Assembly: GCA_950097015.1 (NCBI GenBank)
Contig: CATNEN010000005.1
Coordinates: 4,774,001-4,838,000, forward strand
DNA: 64,000 nt
Source of the DNA: Macrostomum hystrix
Lineage: Eukaryota; Animalia; Platyhelminthes
Reading direction: 5' to 3'
The notes beneath the pieces were generated by a model, which did not search any database, was not told where the DNA came from, and saw nothing but the letters and a program-made list of their open reading frames with translations. The position numbers were made by a program, and so were the translations under genes. Shown here piece by piece: positions 63,201 to 64,000 of this stretch (its first letter is position 1; every line of letters starts with the position of its first letter).

Positions 63201-64000
63201 TTGCTGCGATTCTAGCTTTGCCTCTTATGCTGCGATTCTAGCTTTGTCTCTCTTGCTGCGATTCTAGCTTTGCCTCTCTTGCTAAGTTTCTAGCTTTGCC
63301 TCTCTTGCTGAGATTCTAGCTTTGTCTCTCTTGCTGCGATTCTAGCTTTGTCTCTCTTGCTGCGATTCTAGCTTTGTCTCTCTTGCTGCGATTCTAGCTT
63401 TGCCTCTTTTGCTGCGATTCTAGCTTTGTCTCTCTTGCTGCGATTCTAGCTTTGCCTCTCTTGCTGCGATTCTAGCTTTGCCTCTCTTGCTGAGATTCTA
63501 GCTTTGCCTCTCTTGCTAAGATTCCAGCTTTGCCTCTCTTGCTGCGATTCTAGCTTTGCCTCTCTTGCTGCGATTCTAGCTTTGTCTCTCTTACTGCGAT
63601 TCTAGCTTTGCCTCTCTTGCTGCGATTCTAGCTTTGTCCCTCTTGCTGCGATTCTAGCTTTGCTTCTCTTGCTGCGATTCTAGCTTTGCCTCTCTTGCTG
63701 AGATTCTAGCTTTGTCTCTCTTGCTGCGATTCTAGCTTTGTCTCTCTTGCTGCGATACTAGCTATGTCTCTCTTGCTGCGATTCTAGCTTTGTCTCTTGC
63801 TGCGATTCTAGCTTTGCTTCTCTTGCTGCGATTCTAGCTTTGCCTCTCTTGCTGCGATTCTAGCTTTGCCTCTCTTGCTGCGATTCTAGCTTTGCCTCTC
63901 TTGCTGCGATTCAAGCTTTGTCTCTCTTGCTGCGATTCTAGCTTTGTCTCTCTTGCTGCGATTCTAGCTTTGTCTCTCTTGCTGCGATTCTAGCTTTGCC
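60215..64000. repeat. 26-bp minisatellite (ctagctttgcctctcttgctgcgatt)n, >3.7 kb, runs off the window end
   Basis: Tandem 26-mers with recurring variant blocks, probably inside an M13 gene intron. Confidence 0.97.

Overview
Eukaryotic (metazoan) genomic DNA: AT-rich, intron-rich, with GT-AG introns and TTAGGG repeats. The compact genes, a different minisatellite in most long introns and tRNA-derived SINEs resemble a free-living flatworm such as Macrostomum, but the taxon is inference only. Genes built by hand from splice signals and frame continuity: NPHP1 (-, 3' end runs off the window start) head-to-head with a Tectonic gene (+); tRNA-Glu(TTC); LCLAT1 (+) convergent with BIN3 (-); a possibly frameshifted ~100-aa ORF upstream of BIN3; an unrecognised 200-aa secreted protein with two 6-Cys domains (-); two convergent LRR-transmembrane paralogues; a short PDZ-only gene (+); and the 3' exons of an M13 (neprilysin-like) peptidase (-). 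Repeats include two tRNA-derived SINE families, two MITEs with 8-bp TSDs, an interstitial telomeric tract and more than 20 micro/minisatellites. Almost all long ORFs in the supplied track are artefacts of these repeats. Best leads: (1) a pair of homologous, frame-incompatible exons in NPHP1, (2) the NPHP1/Tectonic shared promoter with an X-box, (3) LRR receptor paralogues with a homogenised ectodomain but divergent stalk and tail, (4) the 6-Cys tandem-domain secreted protein, (5) 20-bp satellites whose units begin GT and end CTAACAG. All family assignments rest on recalled sequence motifs, not database searches.
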